A DNA stretch of 33,497 nt from Gammaproteobacteria bacterium (GCA_007571115.1 RKSA01000255.1:1-33497), one strand, 5' to 3'. Positions 1 through 9,103 are shown, counted from the stretch's first letter. The notes: generated by a model not told the origin, from the letters alone. A program made the numbers and translations.

Positions 1-195
1 GATCGCGACGAAGCAAGGCAGCAGCAACTTGAAATCATTGACCTCGAAAAAGATCCGCTCCTGCAAGACGAGGCATTGACGCTCTATCATTTGACGACCA
101 TAGCATTCGAGATGGGGCCAACAACAAAATCGGTCATCAGCAGCAACGGGCGGCTTTGGATCGATAGCATGCAAATGGAACCCAACGCTCAGTAG
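1..195 (+). CDS. 3' end of an unidentified gene (last 64 codons, truncated by the window edge)
   Basis: Frame 1 is open from the window edge to TAG at 193-195 (...GRLWIDSMQMEPNAQ*). It lies on the same strand as the hsdR-like gene and ends 34 nt before that gene's start, so co-transcription is plausible. No motif recognised. Confidence 0.35.
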   Translation, partial: DRDEARQQQLEIIDLEKDPLLQDEALTLYHLTTIAFEMGPTTKSVISSNGRLWIDSMQMEPNAQ

Positions 196-229
196 CCTGC
201 ACAGGCCTGAAGCGTCATCAGAAATTGCC

Positions 230-3200
230 ATGCCCGGCCATACCGAACACCATTTCGAAGCAGCCATCGAGGCAGGGCTGGTCGGATCGGGTGGCTACGA
301 GGTGCGCGGTGCTGCTGACTTCGATGAGGAGCTTGCGCTGTTTCCGGGCGACGTTGCCGGCTTCCTGAGAGACGGCCAGGCAGCCAAATGGGGGGCTTTG
401 GAGGCGTTGCTTGGGTCGAGGACCGTCGCGACCGTGCTCGATGGTCTGGTCAAGGAACTGGCTCTCAAGGGCTCGCTGCATGTTCTGCGCCATGGCTTCA
501 AATGCCATGGCAAGACCTTGCGCATGGCCTGGTTCCAGCCGAACACGGGAATGAATCCCGAGGCGGCGGCAAGCTATGCGAGCAACCGGCTGACGGTCAC
601 GCGGCAAGTCGCTTTCGATTCGGTCATGAAGAAGACGGATGGCCGTCGCCGCCGTTGCATCATCGACTTGACGCTCGCGGTCAACGGCATTCCCGTCGTC
701 ACTGCGGAACTCAAGAACCCGCTCACCGGCCAGTGCGCCGCCGATGCCGTGCGGCAGTACCAGCAAGATCGCGATGGGCGCGACCTGCTGTTTCAATTCA
801 AGAAGCGAGCATTGGTCCATTTCGCGGTGGATCCGGACGAAGTCTGGATGACGACCCGGCTCGAGGGCGCGAAAACGCGCTTCCTGCCTTTCAATCGCGG
901 CAACGCTCACGGCGCCGGCAATCCGCCGGTCGAAGCGAACTGGAAGACGCACTACCTGTGGGACGAAGTGCTGCGGGCCGACAGCCTGCTGGAAATCCTG
1001 CAACGCTTCATGCATCTCGAAGAGAGGGGACGGCGAGCCAGCGTGAGCAAGGGCAAGCGAACGGAGATGATGATCTTCCCGCGCTTCCATCAGCTCGACG
1101 CGGTTCGCAAGCTCGTCGCCCACGCCAGGGCCAATGGTGCGGGGCGAAACTATCTGGTCCAGCACTCGGCAGGGTCCGGCAAGTCGAACTCGATCGCCTG
1201 GCTCGCGCATCGGCTGGCGAGCTTGCACGACGAACGCGACGAGAAAGTGTTCCATTCGGTCATCGTCGTGACCGATCGGCGCGTGCTCGACCAGCAATTG
1301 CAGGACACGATCTACCAGTTCGAGCACAAGATCGGCGTGGTCGAGAAAATCGACCGCGACACGAGGCAACTCGCCCACGCCCTCTCCCAGGGCACTCCCA
1401 TCGTCGTGACGACGATCCAGAAATTCCCGTTCCTCTCCCAGGCGCTTTCGAGCCTCGAGCAAACAGGCGCTGGCGTGCAGATCGACACTGCTGGCAAGCG
1501 CTTCGCCGTTATCGTCGATGAGGCGCATTCGTCGCAAAGCGGCGAGACAGCGACCGCGCTCAGGGGGATGCTGAACCGGGATGGAATCGAAGCGGCGATC
1601 GCCGCCCAGCTTTCTGACGAAGAGGACTGCGATCTTTCCGACGATGCCAAGGCGGCGGTGCTGCGCGATGCGCTGCGACGTGCCAGGCAGCCGAACATCA
1701 GCTTCTTCGCCTTCACCGCGACACCAAAATTCAAGACGAAAGCGCTATTCGACGAACCAGGACCATCCGGCACCTCGCCTTTCCACGAATATCCGATGCG
1801 GCAAGCCATCGAGGAAGGCTTCATCATCGACGTGCTGCGCAACTACACGACCTACAAGCGCTATTTTGGCCTCATCAAGCAAGTCGAAAACGACCCTGAC
1901 GTGCCGAAAAAGAAGGCCGCCAAAGCTCTCGCGCGCTACCGGGAACTGCATCCCGTCAACATCGAACAGGTCGTTTCGGTCATCGTCGAACATTTCCGGC
2001 GACACGTGATGCACGAACTCGGCGGGCGCGCCAAGGCCATGGTCGTCACGGGCTCCCGCCTCGAAGCGGTGAGATACAAACTCGCTTTCGATCGCTATGC
2101 CAATGACCAGGGCTACACCGAGATACGCTCGCTCGTCGCTTTCTCGGGTACCGTCGAAGACCCGGACGCTCCTGGCTCGTCCTGGACCGAGGTCGCGATG
2201 AACGAAGGCCTTGCCGAAAGCGAGCTCCCGGAACGCTTCGAGAGCGATGAATACCGGGTGCTGCTCGTCGCGGAAAAGTACCAGACCGGCTTCGACCAGC
2301 CCTTGTTGCAGACGATGTACGTGGTGAAGCGCCTCGCCGGCGTGCAGGCGGTGCAGACGCTGTCGCGGCTCAATCGAATCGCGCCCGGCAAGTCGCATAC
2401 CTTCATTCTCGATTTCGTCAACGAGGAACACGACATCCACCAGGCGTTCAAGCCCTATTACGAGACGACGCCGGTCGGCGAGAACGTCGACCCGCAGCGG
2501 CTTGGCGAGTTGCAGCATCACTTGCTCGAACGGGCAATCTTCGCGCCGGCCGACGTCACCGGGTTCGCCAAGGTCTGGTATCACGGGCGGCGCGATCATT
2601 CAGCCGATGACCATCGCCGGATGAATGCCGTCCTCGATGCCGTGGTGCAAAGCTTTCAAGGCCGGAACGAGGAGGAGCAGGAAGAATTTCGCGGCCAATT
2701 GACCGCGTATCGAAACCTGTACGCTTTCCTGTCGCAGATCACCCCCTGGCAGGATCCCGAGTTCGAACAGCTCTACGCTTTCGCGCGCAATCTGCTCGCG
2801 AAACTCCCTCCGCCCGGCGATGGCCGCGCCTTTGCCCTCGAAGATGAAGTGGGGTTGCAGTTTTTCCGTCTTCAGCAGCTCTCGACGGGGAGCATCGACC
2901 TTGCGCAAGGCGAGGTCTATCCGCTGAAAGGGCCGACCGAGGTCGGCACGGCTGGCGCCCAGGAGCCGGATGTGCCGCTTTCGAGCTTGATCGAGCGTAT
3001 CAACGAGCGTTTCGGCACCGACTTTGCCGAAGCGGACCAGTTGTTCGTCGAGCAGATCCGGGCCTCGGCGGAGAGCGACGAGAAGATCGCCGAAGCAGCG
3101 CGGGCCAATACCCTGCCCGACTTTGCCGCCTATCTTGATCGCTCGCTTGATGAGCTGTTCATCGCGCGAATGGAAGGCAACGAGGCGATCTTCTCGAAGT

Positions 3201-3289
3201 TGATGGATGATGCCGAAATCCGCTCGTTTGTTTGCGAACAGCTCGCCCGGGAGGTTTTCGGGCGAGTCCGCAAGACATTCCCCATGTAG
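230..3289 (+). CDS. hsdR: Type I restriction enzyme R subunit (HsdR family, 1019 aa)
   Basis: The N-terminal region has a PD-(D/E)xK-type nuclease motif (IDLTLAVNGIPVVTAELK). The SF2 helicase motifs follow: motif I (QHSAGSGKSNS), motif II (VIVDEAHSSQSG) and motif III (FFAFTATP). Length and domain order are typical of HsdR. Confidence 0.85.
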   Translation: MPGHTEHHFEAAIEAGLVGSGGYEVRGAADFDEELALFPGDVAGFLRDGQAAKWGALEALLGSRTVATVLDGLVKELALKGSLHVLRHGFKCHGKTLRMAWFQPNTGMNPEAAASYASNRLTVTRQVAFDSVMKKTDGRRRRCIIDLTLAVNGIPVVTAELKNPLTGQCAADAVRQYQQDRDGRDLLFQFKKRALVHFAVDPDEVWMTTRLEGAKTRFLPFNRGNAHGAGNPPVEANWKTHYLWDEVLRADSLLEILQRFMHLEERGRRASVSKGKRTEMMIFPRFHQLDAVRKLVAHARANGAGRNYLVQHSAGSGKSNSIAWLAHRLASLHDERDEKVFHSVIVVTDRRVLDQQLQDTIYQFEHKIGVVEKIDRDTRQLAHALSQGTPIVVTTIQKFPFLSQALSSLEQTGAGVQIDTAGKRFAVIVDEAHSSQSGETATALRGMLNRDGIEAAIAAQLSDEEDCDLSDDAKAAVLRDALRRARQPNISFFAFTATPKFKTKALFDEPGPSGTSPFHEYPMRQAIEEGFIIDVLRNYTTYKRYFGLIKQVENDPDVPKKKAAKALARYRELHPVNIEQVVSVIVEHFRRHVMHELGGRAKAMVVTGSRLEAVRYKLAFDRYANDQGYTEIRSLVAFSGTVEDPDAPGSSWTEVAMNEGLAESELPERFESDEYRVLLVAEKYQTGFDQPLLQTMYVVKRLAGVQAVQTLSRLNRIAPGKSHTFILDFVNEEHDIHQAFKPYYETTPVGENVDPQRLGELQHHLLERAIFAPADVTGFAKVWYHGRRDHSADDHRRMNAVLDAVVQSFQGRNEEEQEEFRGQLTAYRNLYAFLSQITPWQDPEFEQLYAFARNLLAKLPPPGDGRAFALEDEVGLQFFRLQQLSTGSIDLAQGEVYPLKGPTEVGTAGAQEPDVPLSSLIERINERFGTDFAEADQLFVEQIRASAESDEKIAEAARANTLPDFAAYLDRSLDELFIARMEGNEAIFSKLMDDAEIRSFVCEQLAREVFGRVRKTFPM

Positions 3290-3354
3290 CAAGCTCCTTT
3301 TTGCTTGTTTTTATTGCCACGAATGAATCGCCACTGATGCGCCGGGCAAGTGGT

Positions 3355-3996
3355 TCATTCGACCCTGAGCGCCTCTTCGATGCTTTCCACCTTGGCCTCG
3401 ACTCGCGCCAGCCGCTCGGCCTGGGCGGCCATTTCAGCCCGGATGGACTGGAACTCCTTGCCCATTTCAGCCCGGATAGCCCGCAGCTCCTTGTTCATCT
3501 CAGCCCGAATAGCCTGATGGGCCGCAGCCATGTCAGCCCGAATGACCTGCTGGCCTGCTGCCATTTCGGCTCTCACGGCCTTGAACTCTTTTGCCATGTC
3601 AGCCCGAATGGCCTGCTGGCCTGCTGCCATTTCGGCTCTCACGGCCTTGAACTCTTTTGCCATGTCAGCCCGAATGACCTGCTGGCCTGCTGCCATTTCG
3701 GCTCTCACGGCCTTGAACTCCTTTGCCATGTCAGTTCGAATGGCCTGCTGGCCTGCTGCCATTTCGGCCCTCACCGCCTTGAACTCCTTTGTCATGTCGG
3801 TGCGGAGCTTCTCGACTTTACCATCCAGTTTCTCGACTTTTCCGTCCAGTTTCTCGACTTTCTCTTCCAGATTCCCGATTTTCCCTCCCAGATACTCGAT
3901 CTTGCCGTCCAGGTCTGCGCGAATGAACAGCACCGCCAGCAGCAGCATCGCTGCCACGGGAACGTTTTGCTTGACTATCGTGATCGTGGTTTCCAT
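3355..3996 (-). CDS. Membrane-anchored coiled-coil repeat protein (213 aa), hypothetical
   Basis: I place the start at METTITIVKQN..., preceded by AGGAGA 6 nt upstream. There is one N-terminal TM helix (VPVAAMLLLAVLFI). This is followed by heptad repeats (KVEKLDG x3) and then 22-aa repeats (IRADMAKEFKAVRAEMAAGQQV) made of two 11-mers. The upstream ATG at 4035 has no RBS. Three frames are open across the repeats, so the strand assignment rests on the TM, the RBS and the biologically sensible architecture. Confidence 0.65.
   Translation of the reverse strand: METTITIVKQNVPVAAMLLLAVLFIRADLDGKIEYLGGKIGNLEEKVEKLDGKVEKLDGKVEKLRTDMTKEFKAVRAEMAAGQQAIRTDMAKEFKAVRAEMAAGQQVIRADMAKEFKAVRAEMAAGQQAIRADMAKEFKAVRAEMAAGQQVIRADMAAAHQAIRAEMNKELRAIRAEMGKEFQSIRAEMAAQAERLARVEAKVESIEEALRVE
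3530..3793 (-). repeat. Four tandem copies of a 66-bp unit (coding, in frame)
   Basis: Copies start at 3530, 3596, 3662 and 3728. Copies 1/2 and 1/3 each differ by a single nucleotide, and copy 4 differs from copy 2 at 6 positions. A degenerate 33/66-bp periodicity continues leftwards to about 3400. Confidence 0.95.
3809..3871 (-). repeat. Three tandem copies of a 21-bp unit (ttctcgacttt.cc.tccagt), encoding the KVEKLDG heptads
   Basis: Units lie at 3809-3829, 3830-3850 and 3851-3871. More degenerate heptad-coding units follow up to about 3913. Confidence 0.9.
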
Positions 3997-4134
3997 CGCT
4001 TGTCTCCTATCAGTGAGCATATCGATCACCGGCACAGTCTATGCACAGAACCCCGGGAATGCCAAGAAAACGGAGAAAATCGCTGGTCCCTCTGCTATGA
4101 TTGCCGCCCTTTTGCGGTTGAGGCCCGGTTTCGG

Positions 4135-5217
4135 ATGCCGGTCACGCGGATGCGCACGGAAAATCTCAATATCGAGTCGAACGACAGGCTGATCACTCCC
4201 AATCAGCTCAAGGCCGAGCTGCCCTTGACCGAGGCGCAGTCGGTCGCGGTGAGCGAGGCCCGGGAAACGGTGTTCTCGATTTTGCGCCGCGACGACCATC
4301 GGCTGTTCCTGGTGATCGGGCCGTGCTCCGTACACGACACGCAACTCGCGCTCGATTATGCGAGTCGGCTGAAAGAGCTCGCGGATCGCGTCAGCGACAC
4401 GCTGTACATCGTCATGCGCGTGTATTTCGAGAAGCCGCGGACCTCGACGGGCTGGAAAGGCCTGATTAACGATCCCTACCTTGACGACTCGTTCAAGGTC
4501 GAAGACGGCCTGCGCAAAGGCCGCCGGCTGTTGCAGGACATCGTCGATATCGGCCTGCCGACTTCGACCGAGGCGCTGGATCCGATTTCACCGCAATATC
4601 TGCAAGACCTGATTTGCTGGTCGGCGGTGGGGGCGCGAACCACCGAATCGCAGACGCACCGGGAAATGTCCTCGGGGCTTTCTTCGGCGATCGGCTTCAA
4701 GAATGGCACCGACGGCGGCTGGACGGTGGCAGTGAATGCCATGCAATCGGTGTCGAAACCACATCGCTTTCTCGGCATCAATGGCAAGGGGCAGGTCAGC
4801 GTCGTGACGACTCGCGGCAACCCGCACGCCCACGTGGTGTTGCGTGGCGGCCTGGGAGGGCCGAACTACGACACCGTCCACGTCGCGCAATGCGAGCTGT
4901 CGCTGAAGCAAGGAGGCGTCAGCCCGAACATCGTGATCGATTGCAGCCACGCCAACTCGAACAAGAACCACGAAATGCAGCCGCTGGTGCTGAAGGACAT
5001 CACCCACCAGGTTCTCGAAGGCAATCTCTCGATCATCGGCGCCATGCTCGAAAGCAACATCCACCCCGGCAGGCAGGACATTCCGGCGGACCTGTCGCAG
5101 CTTCGCTATGGCGTATCTGTCACCGACGCCTGCATGGGCTGGGAAATGACCGAAGAGGCCGTGCTCGACATGGCGAGCAAGCTGCGCGAGGTGCTTCCCG
5201 CGCGCCCCAGGCCCTAG
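4135..5217 (+). CDS. aroG: 3-deoxy-7-phosphoheptulonate (DAHP) synthase, class I (AroF/G/H type)
   Basis: The protein is collinear with my recollection of E. coli AroG, including LVIGPCSVHD, IVMRVYFEKPRTSTGWKGLINDP, GARTTESQTHRE, GFKNGTDG, IDCSHANS and SVTDACMGW. The start could be ATG 4135 or ATG 4150, and neither has a strong RBS. Feedback specificity (Phe/Tyr/Trp) cannot be read from the sequence, so the symbol is only nominal. Confidence 0.9.
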   Translation: MPVTRMRTENLNIESNDRLITPNQLKAELPLTEAQSVAVSEARETVFSILRRDDHRLFLVIGPCSVHDTQLALDYASRLKELADRVSDTLYIVMRVYFEKPRTSTGWKGLINDPYLDDSFKVEDGLRKGRRLLQDIVDIGLPTSTEALDPISPQYLQDLICWSAVGARTTESQTHREMSSGLSSAIGFKNGTDGGWTVAVNAMQSVSKPHRFLGINGKGQVSVVTTRGNPHAHVVLRGGLGGPNYDTVHVAQCELSLKQGGVSPNIVIDCSHANSNKNHEMQPLVLKDITHQVLEGNLSIIGAMLESNIHPGRQDIPADLSQLRYGVSVTDACMGWEMTEEAVLDMASKLREVLPARPRP

Positions 5218-5876
5218 CTAGCGCGAGCCAGGGCGAGGAGCGGCTGCCGCGCGATTTCGCCTCTTCCCTCGTCGATCCACTTGCGCAGGAAGGGGTTGCC
5301 GAGCAAGGTTTGCAGGTAGCGTTCCGCAGCGGCGCTCAGCTCCGGCTGATAGCTGTTGAAGATCACTGCGGTAGGCGCGAACATGCAATCGGCGATCGAG
5401 AAGCGGCCGAACAGATAGTCGCCGTTCTCGCCATACCGGTGCCGACAGCAACTCCAGATCGCGTCGATGCGGGCGACCTCGTTGTAGATCTGCTCGGAAA
5501 GCGGCAGCTTGATCGAAGCCTTGCAGTTCATCGGCCAGTGCTTTTTCAGCGCGGGGAATTCGGAATGGATCTCGGCGGAGACCGAGCGCGCCGCAGCGCG
5601 GCGCCTCGAGCTTGCTGGCCAGGCGCGGCCTCGCAGCAAGTCCTCGTTGACGTATTCGCAGATCGCCAGCGAGTCCCAGACGGTGATCTCGCGATGCAGC
5701 AGCGCTGGAACCTTGAGCGAGGGCGAGTACGGCCCGAGCTTTTCTGCGGTATCGTCCTGATACAGGGCGATCTGGATTTCCTCGAATTCGAGATCGAACA
5801 TCTGCAGCAACAGCCAGGGGCACAAAGACCACGAAGAATAGTTCTTGTCCCCGATTACCAGCCGAATGTCTTTCAT
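5214..5876 (-). CDS. Glutathione S-transferase family protein (220 aa)
   Basis: I place the start at MKDIRLVIGDKNYSSWS, with GGGAGGAAGGAC immediately upstream. A thioredoxin-like GST N-domain pattern is present (SSWSL...LKVPALL...VWDSLAICEYV), followed by a helical C-domain. The gene converges on aroG with a 4-nt overlap. Confidence 0.75.
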   Translation of the reverse strand: MKDIRLVIGDKNYSSWSLCPWLLLQMFDLEFEEIQIALYQDDTAEKLGPYSPSLKVPALLHREITVWDSLAICEYVNEDLLRGRAWPASSRRRAAARSVSAEIHSEFPALKKHWPMNCKASIKLPLSEQIYNEVARIDAIWSCCRHRYGENGDYLFGRFSIADCMFAPTAVIFNSYQPELSAAAERYLQTLLGNPFLRKWIDEGRGEIARQPLLALARAS

Positions 5877-6125
5877 GTCCTTCCTCCCTTTCTCGCTCGC
5901 TCCTTGGCGGTGGCCGGTGGGCGGCGAGAATCGCGAAAACGCCAGCACGGTGCGGCGAAGGACTTTCATTTAACACCGGCTTTCTTGCCGCTCAAGGCGT
6001 TCATTCGGTCTATGTGCTGATTAAATGTGGCAGAATGGTGGCAATCGAGACGGCCTCGCGGCGCGTTTTCCGGGTAGACGACGATTGCGTTATAGTTGTC
6101 CGGGGCAGGAACGAGGGACCGGAGC

Positions 6126-6818
6126 ATGAGCAGACGAATCGCGATCGTTGAAGACGAGGCGGCGATCCGCGAAAACTACGCGGACGTATTGCGCCGCCAG
6201 GGCTACGAAGTGCAGACCTATGCCAATCGCCACGAGGCGATGGGCGCCTTTGGCACGCGGCTGCCCAATCTGGCGATCATCGATATCGGCCTGGAGGACG
6301 AAATCGACGGCGGCTTCACGCTTTGCCAGGAACTGCGGTCGATGTCGAACACCCTGCCGATCATCTTCCTCACGGCTCGCGACAACGACTTCGACACCGT
6401 CAGCGGCCTGCGCATCGGCGCCGACGACTATCTGACCAAGGACATCAGCCTGCCCCATCTCACCGCACGGATCGCCGCGCTGTTCCGTCGGCAGGATATA
6501 CTCGACCAGCCCGCCTCGCCGGAAAACCTGCTTTCCCGGGACCAGTTGACTCTCGACATCGGGAGGCTGGCGGTGCAGTGGTGCGAGCGACCGGTGCCAT
6601 TGACCGTGACCGAGTTCTGGATGGTCCACGCGCTCGCCAAATTTCCCGGCCACGTGAAAAGCCGCCAGTCCCTGATGCAGGAGTCGAAGATCTTCGTCGA
6701 TGGCAGCACGATCACTTCGCATATCAAGCGCATCCGCAAGAAATTCATGCAGCTCGACCCCGGCTTCAATTGCATCGAGACCGTATACGGCATCGGCTAT
6801 CGCTGGAATCCCGCCTGA
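6126..6818 (+). CDS. OmpR/PhoB-family two-component response regulator (230 aa)
   Basis: The receiver domain shows IAIVEDE, the phospho-acceptor region LAIIDIGL and GADDYLTKD. The C-terminus is a winged-helix domain (LTVTEFWMVHALA...VYGIGYRW). I place the start at MSRRIAIV with GGAG upstream. Confidence 0.85.
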   Translation: MSRRIAIVEDEAAIRENYADVLRRQGYEVQTYANRHEAMGAFGTRLPNLAIIDIGLEDEIDGGFTLCQELRSMSNTLPIIFLTARDNDFDTVSGLRIGADDYLTKDISLPHLTARIAALFRRQDILDQPASPENLLSRDQLTLDIGRLAVQWCERPVPLTVTEFWMVHALAKFPGHVKSRQSLMQESKIFVDGSTITSHIKRIRKKFMQLDPGFNCIETVYGIGYRWNPA

Positions 6819-6886
6819 CCGGCCCGAGCGGGGCGCCGGGCCCGACTCGAACACGACTTGCACAGGCCTGAGCCGAACCGAGCCCC

Positions 6887-9064
6887 ATGAAGAAGCTGTT
6901 CCAAAAGCCGTTCAGCATCCGCTTCAAGCTGATCCTGCTCGCCAGCGTGCTGCTGCTGATCCCGGTGCTCGTCTACCAGTTCATCCTGGCCCTCGACGAG
7001 TATCTGCGCAGCTTCCAGGAACTCGCCGTGCTCAGCGAGGCGCGGATCCTCGCGACGGCGCTGAACGACCGGCCCGAACTGTTCGACGAAGGCACTTTCG
7101 GTCGCGCAACCAGAACCGGAGACCTGTACATCTACCCGGTCTACTCGCCACTGTCGCTGAACGACGGCTCGCTGGTCGATTGGGGCGCCTACCAGCAGTA
7201 CGAGCTCGGCTATGGCAAGGCCGACTACCTGCGCACCTCGCTCAATCCGGCGCGAATCTACGCCAATGACGACTCGCTGTCATTCCGCAGCATGGTTGGC
7301 GAACACAACGGTTCGCTATACGCGTATTTCAAGGTTCGCGACGACCAGGTCGTCTATCGCTCCCGGGAATCGCTGAGCGTGGTCCGCAGCGACTTCCTGC
7401 AGATCTCGATGCTGACCGCCGATGGCCGTGACGTGCAACGCTTCGTCATCGCTCCACACGAGCCCGAGTTTCTCTACCCCTTCCGCGTCAACGCCAATTA
7501 CGCCGACCCGGTGTACGAGGAACGCATCAGCGGCCAATGGTACGAAGTCGATGGCGGTTACGAAATCGAGCTGCAGATTCCCATGGAAATGCTCGGCGAG
7601 CGAATCGGCTTCGCGATTTTCGACGTGGACGACCCGACCGACCGCGACATCGGGACGGTGATCGCCACCCACAAGTCCCAGGCCGGCGAGCATCTCGGCT
7701 CGCTGCAACTGCCGACCCCGGAAATCGATCGCATCGTCGCCGGCATGAGGCGCACGAACAACTCCCACATCCAGGTCGTCGATCGCTCGGGGCGCGTATT
7801 GCTGACCGTCGGCGACATCCAGAACGCCACGGGGCTGATTCTTTCCAATCTCAACAATCCGCCGAAGAACCGCTACTGGGACTTCGTGCAGAACAACAGG
7901 CTGACCCCGATCTACAACCTGATCCTCGCCCAGCCAACGACCAATTTCATCGACGACCTCTATTCCGGGGTCGCGCGGGAGGGCGAACACATCGCCGCTG
8001 CCCTGAATGGCGAGCCATTCACGCGCTTTCGCGAGCTCGCCGACACCGAGACCGTGATACTCGAAGCGAGCCATCCGATCCTCACCGGTGACGAAGTGAC
8101 TGGCGCGGTGATCGTCGACCAGAACATGAATGGCGTGCGCACTTTCCGCAACCAGGCCCTCGAAGGGCTGTTCAACACGATCATCGCGGTGATGCTGGTC
8201 GTCACCTTCGGCCTGGTCTTCGTCGCCTCGCGGATTTCCAGCCGGGTACGGAGCCTGCGCAATCAGGCCGAAGGAATCATCGACGACAATGGCCGGGTGC
8301 GCAATACCATCATGCCATCGAACAGCTCCGACGAAATCGGCGACCTGTCGCGCAGCTTTTCCAGCATCGTGGAACGCTTGAGCCAGTACACGAGCTATCT
8401 CGAGAACATGTCGTCGCGGCTGTCCCACGAGCTGCGGACTCCGGTGGCGGTGGTGCGCTCGTCGATCGAGAATCTTGGCAGCACCGACGACCCGGAGCGG
8501 TCCCAGGTCTATATCAAGCGCGCCGAGGAAGGAATCAGCCGGCTCAACCTGATCCTGACCAGCATGAGCGAAGCGACGCGGCTCGAACAGATGCTTCAGA
8601 CCTCGGAAAAGGAACTGATCGACCTCGCCGAAGTCGTCAGAGGCTGCGCCGAGGGCTACCGGCTCGCATATTCCGACACGCGATTCATCCTCGACATCGG
8701 CCATGATCCGGTGAACGTCAAGGGTGTTGCGGAATACATCGCCCAATTGCTCGACAAGCTCGTTGCCAACGCCGTGGAGTTTTCCCACCCCGGCGAGCCC
8801 GTGATCGTTCATTGCCACAGCGTCCGCGATCAGGCGGTGATCCGCATCAGCAACGCGGGGCCATACCTGCCCCGCGAAATGCAGGACCGCATTTTCGAAT
8901 CGATGGTGTCGGTGCGGCCGCACCAGAGGCAGAAACAACCGCATCTCGGCATGGGCCTGCACATCGCGCGCCTCATCACCGACTTCCACAATGGCCAGAT
9001 CCGCGCTGACAACCGCGACGATGTCGAAGGCGTGACGATTGCCGTCACGATTCCATTGCAATAG
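6887..9064 (+). CDS. Sensor histidine kinase with a large periplasmic domain (725 aa)
   Basis: TM1 is ILLASVLLLIPVLVYQFIL. About 400 aa of extracytoplasmic region follow, then TM2 (IIAVMLVVTFGLVFVA) and a HAMP-like linker. The H-box is LSHELRTPVAVV and the ATPase G-box is GMGLHIARLI. The gene lies 68 nt downstream of the response regulator. Confidence 0.85.
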   Translation: MKKLFQKPFSIRFKLILLASVLLLIPVLVYQFILALDEYLRSFQELAVLSEARILATALNDRPELFDEGTFGRATRTGDLYIYPVYSPLSLNDGSLVDWGAYQQYELGYGKADYLRTSLNPARIYANDDSLSFRSMVGEHNGSLYAYFKVRDDQVVYRSRESLSVVRSDFLQISMLTADGRDVQRFVIAPHEPEFLYPFRVNANYADPVYEERISGQWYEVDGGYEIELQIPMEMLGERIGFAIFDVDDPTDRDIGTVIATHKSQAGEHLGSLQLPTPEIDRIVAGMRRTNNSHIQVVDRSGRVLLTVGDIQNATGLILSNLNNPPKNRYWDFVQNNRLTPIYNLILAQPTTNFIDDLYSGVAREGEHIAAALNGEPFTRFRELADTETVILEASHPILTGDEVTGAVIVDQNMNGVRTFRNQALEGLFNTIIAVMLVVTFGLVFVASRISSRVRSLRNQAEGIIDDNGRVRNTIMPSNSSDEIGDLSRSFSSIVERLSQYTSYLENMSSRLSHELRTPVAVVRSSIENLGSTDDPERSQVYIKRAEEGISRLNLILTSMSEATRLEQMLQTSEKELIDLAEVVRGCAEGYRLAYSDTRFILDIGHDPVNVKGVAEYIAQLLDKLVANAVEFSHPGEPVIVHCHSVRDQAVIRISNAGPYLPREMQDRIFESMVSVRPHQRQKQPHLGMGLHIARLITDFHNGQIRADNRDDVEGVTIAVTIPLQ

Positions 9065-9103
9065 CATGGGCCGGGTGGACTGGATGAAAGCGCGAGCAGG
9101 AAT

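Noticed and set aside
218-1537. 439-aa ORF antisense to hsdR, plus several nested ORFs in other frames of 230-3292
   Set aside because: This is a shadow ORF of the kind expected in GC-rich DNA. Its translation is Arg/Ala/Pro/Gly-rich with no motifs, whereas the opposite strand carries unmistakable HsdR motifs.
3289-3312. Hairpin and T-run after the hsdR stop (caagc-N8-gcttg then ttttt)
   Set aside because: The stem is only 5 bp with two A-T pairs, which is too weak to call a terminator with any confidence.
3530-3793. A regular 66-bp repeat array that might be mistaken for a CRISPR array
   Set aside because: The units are directly contiguous with no unique spacers. The array is in frame and lies inside a coherent coiled-coil ORF, so it is a coding tandem repeat.
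3232-4134. N-terminal 300-aa extension of the 661-aa ORF, containing Cys/His-rich repeats (LLACCHFGSHGLELFCHVSPN)
   Set aside because: It is the antisense reading of the tandem-repeat gene and would be fused artificially to DAHP synthase. Homologous DAHP synthases start near the MRTENLN position. The extension has no RBS, and the repeats merely keep every frame open.
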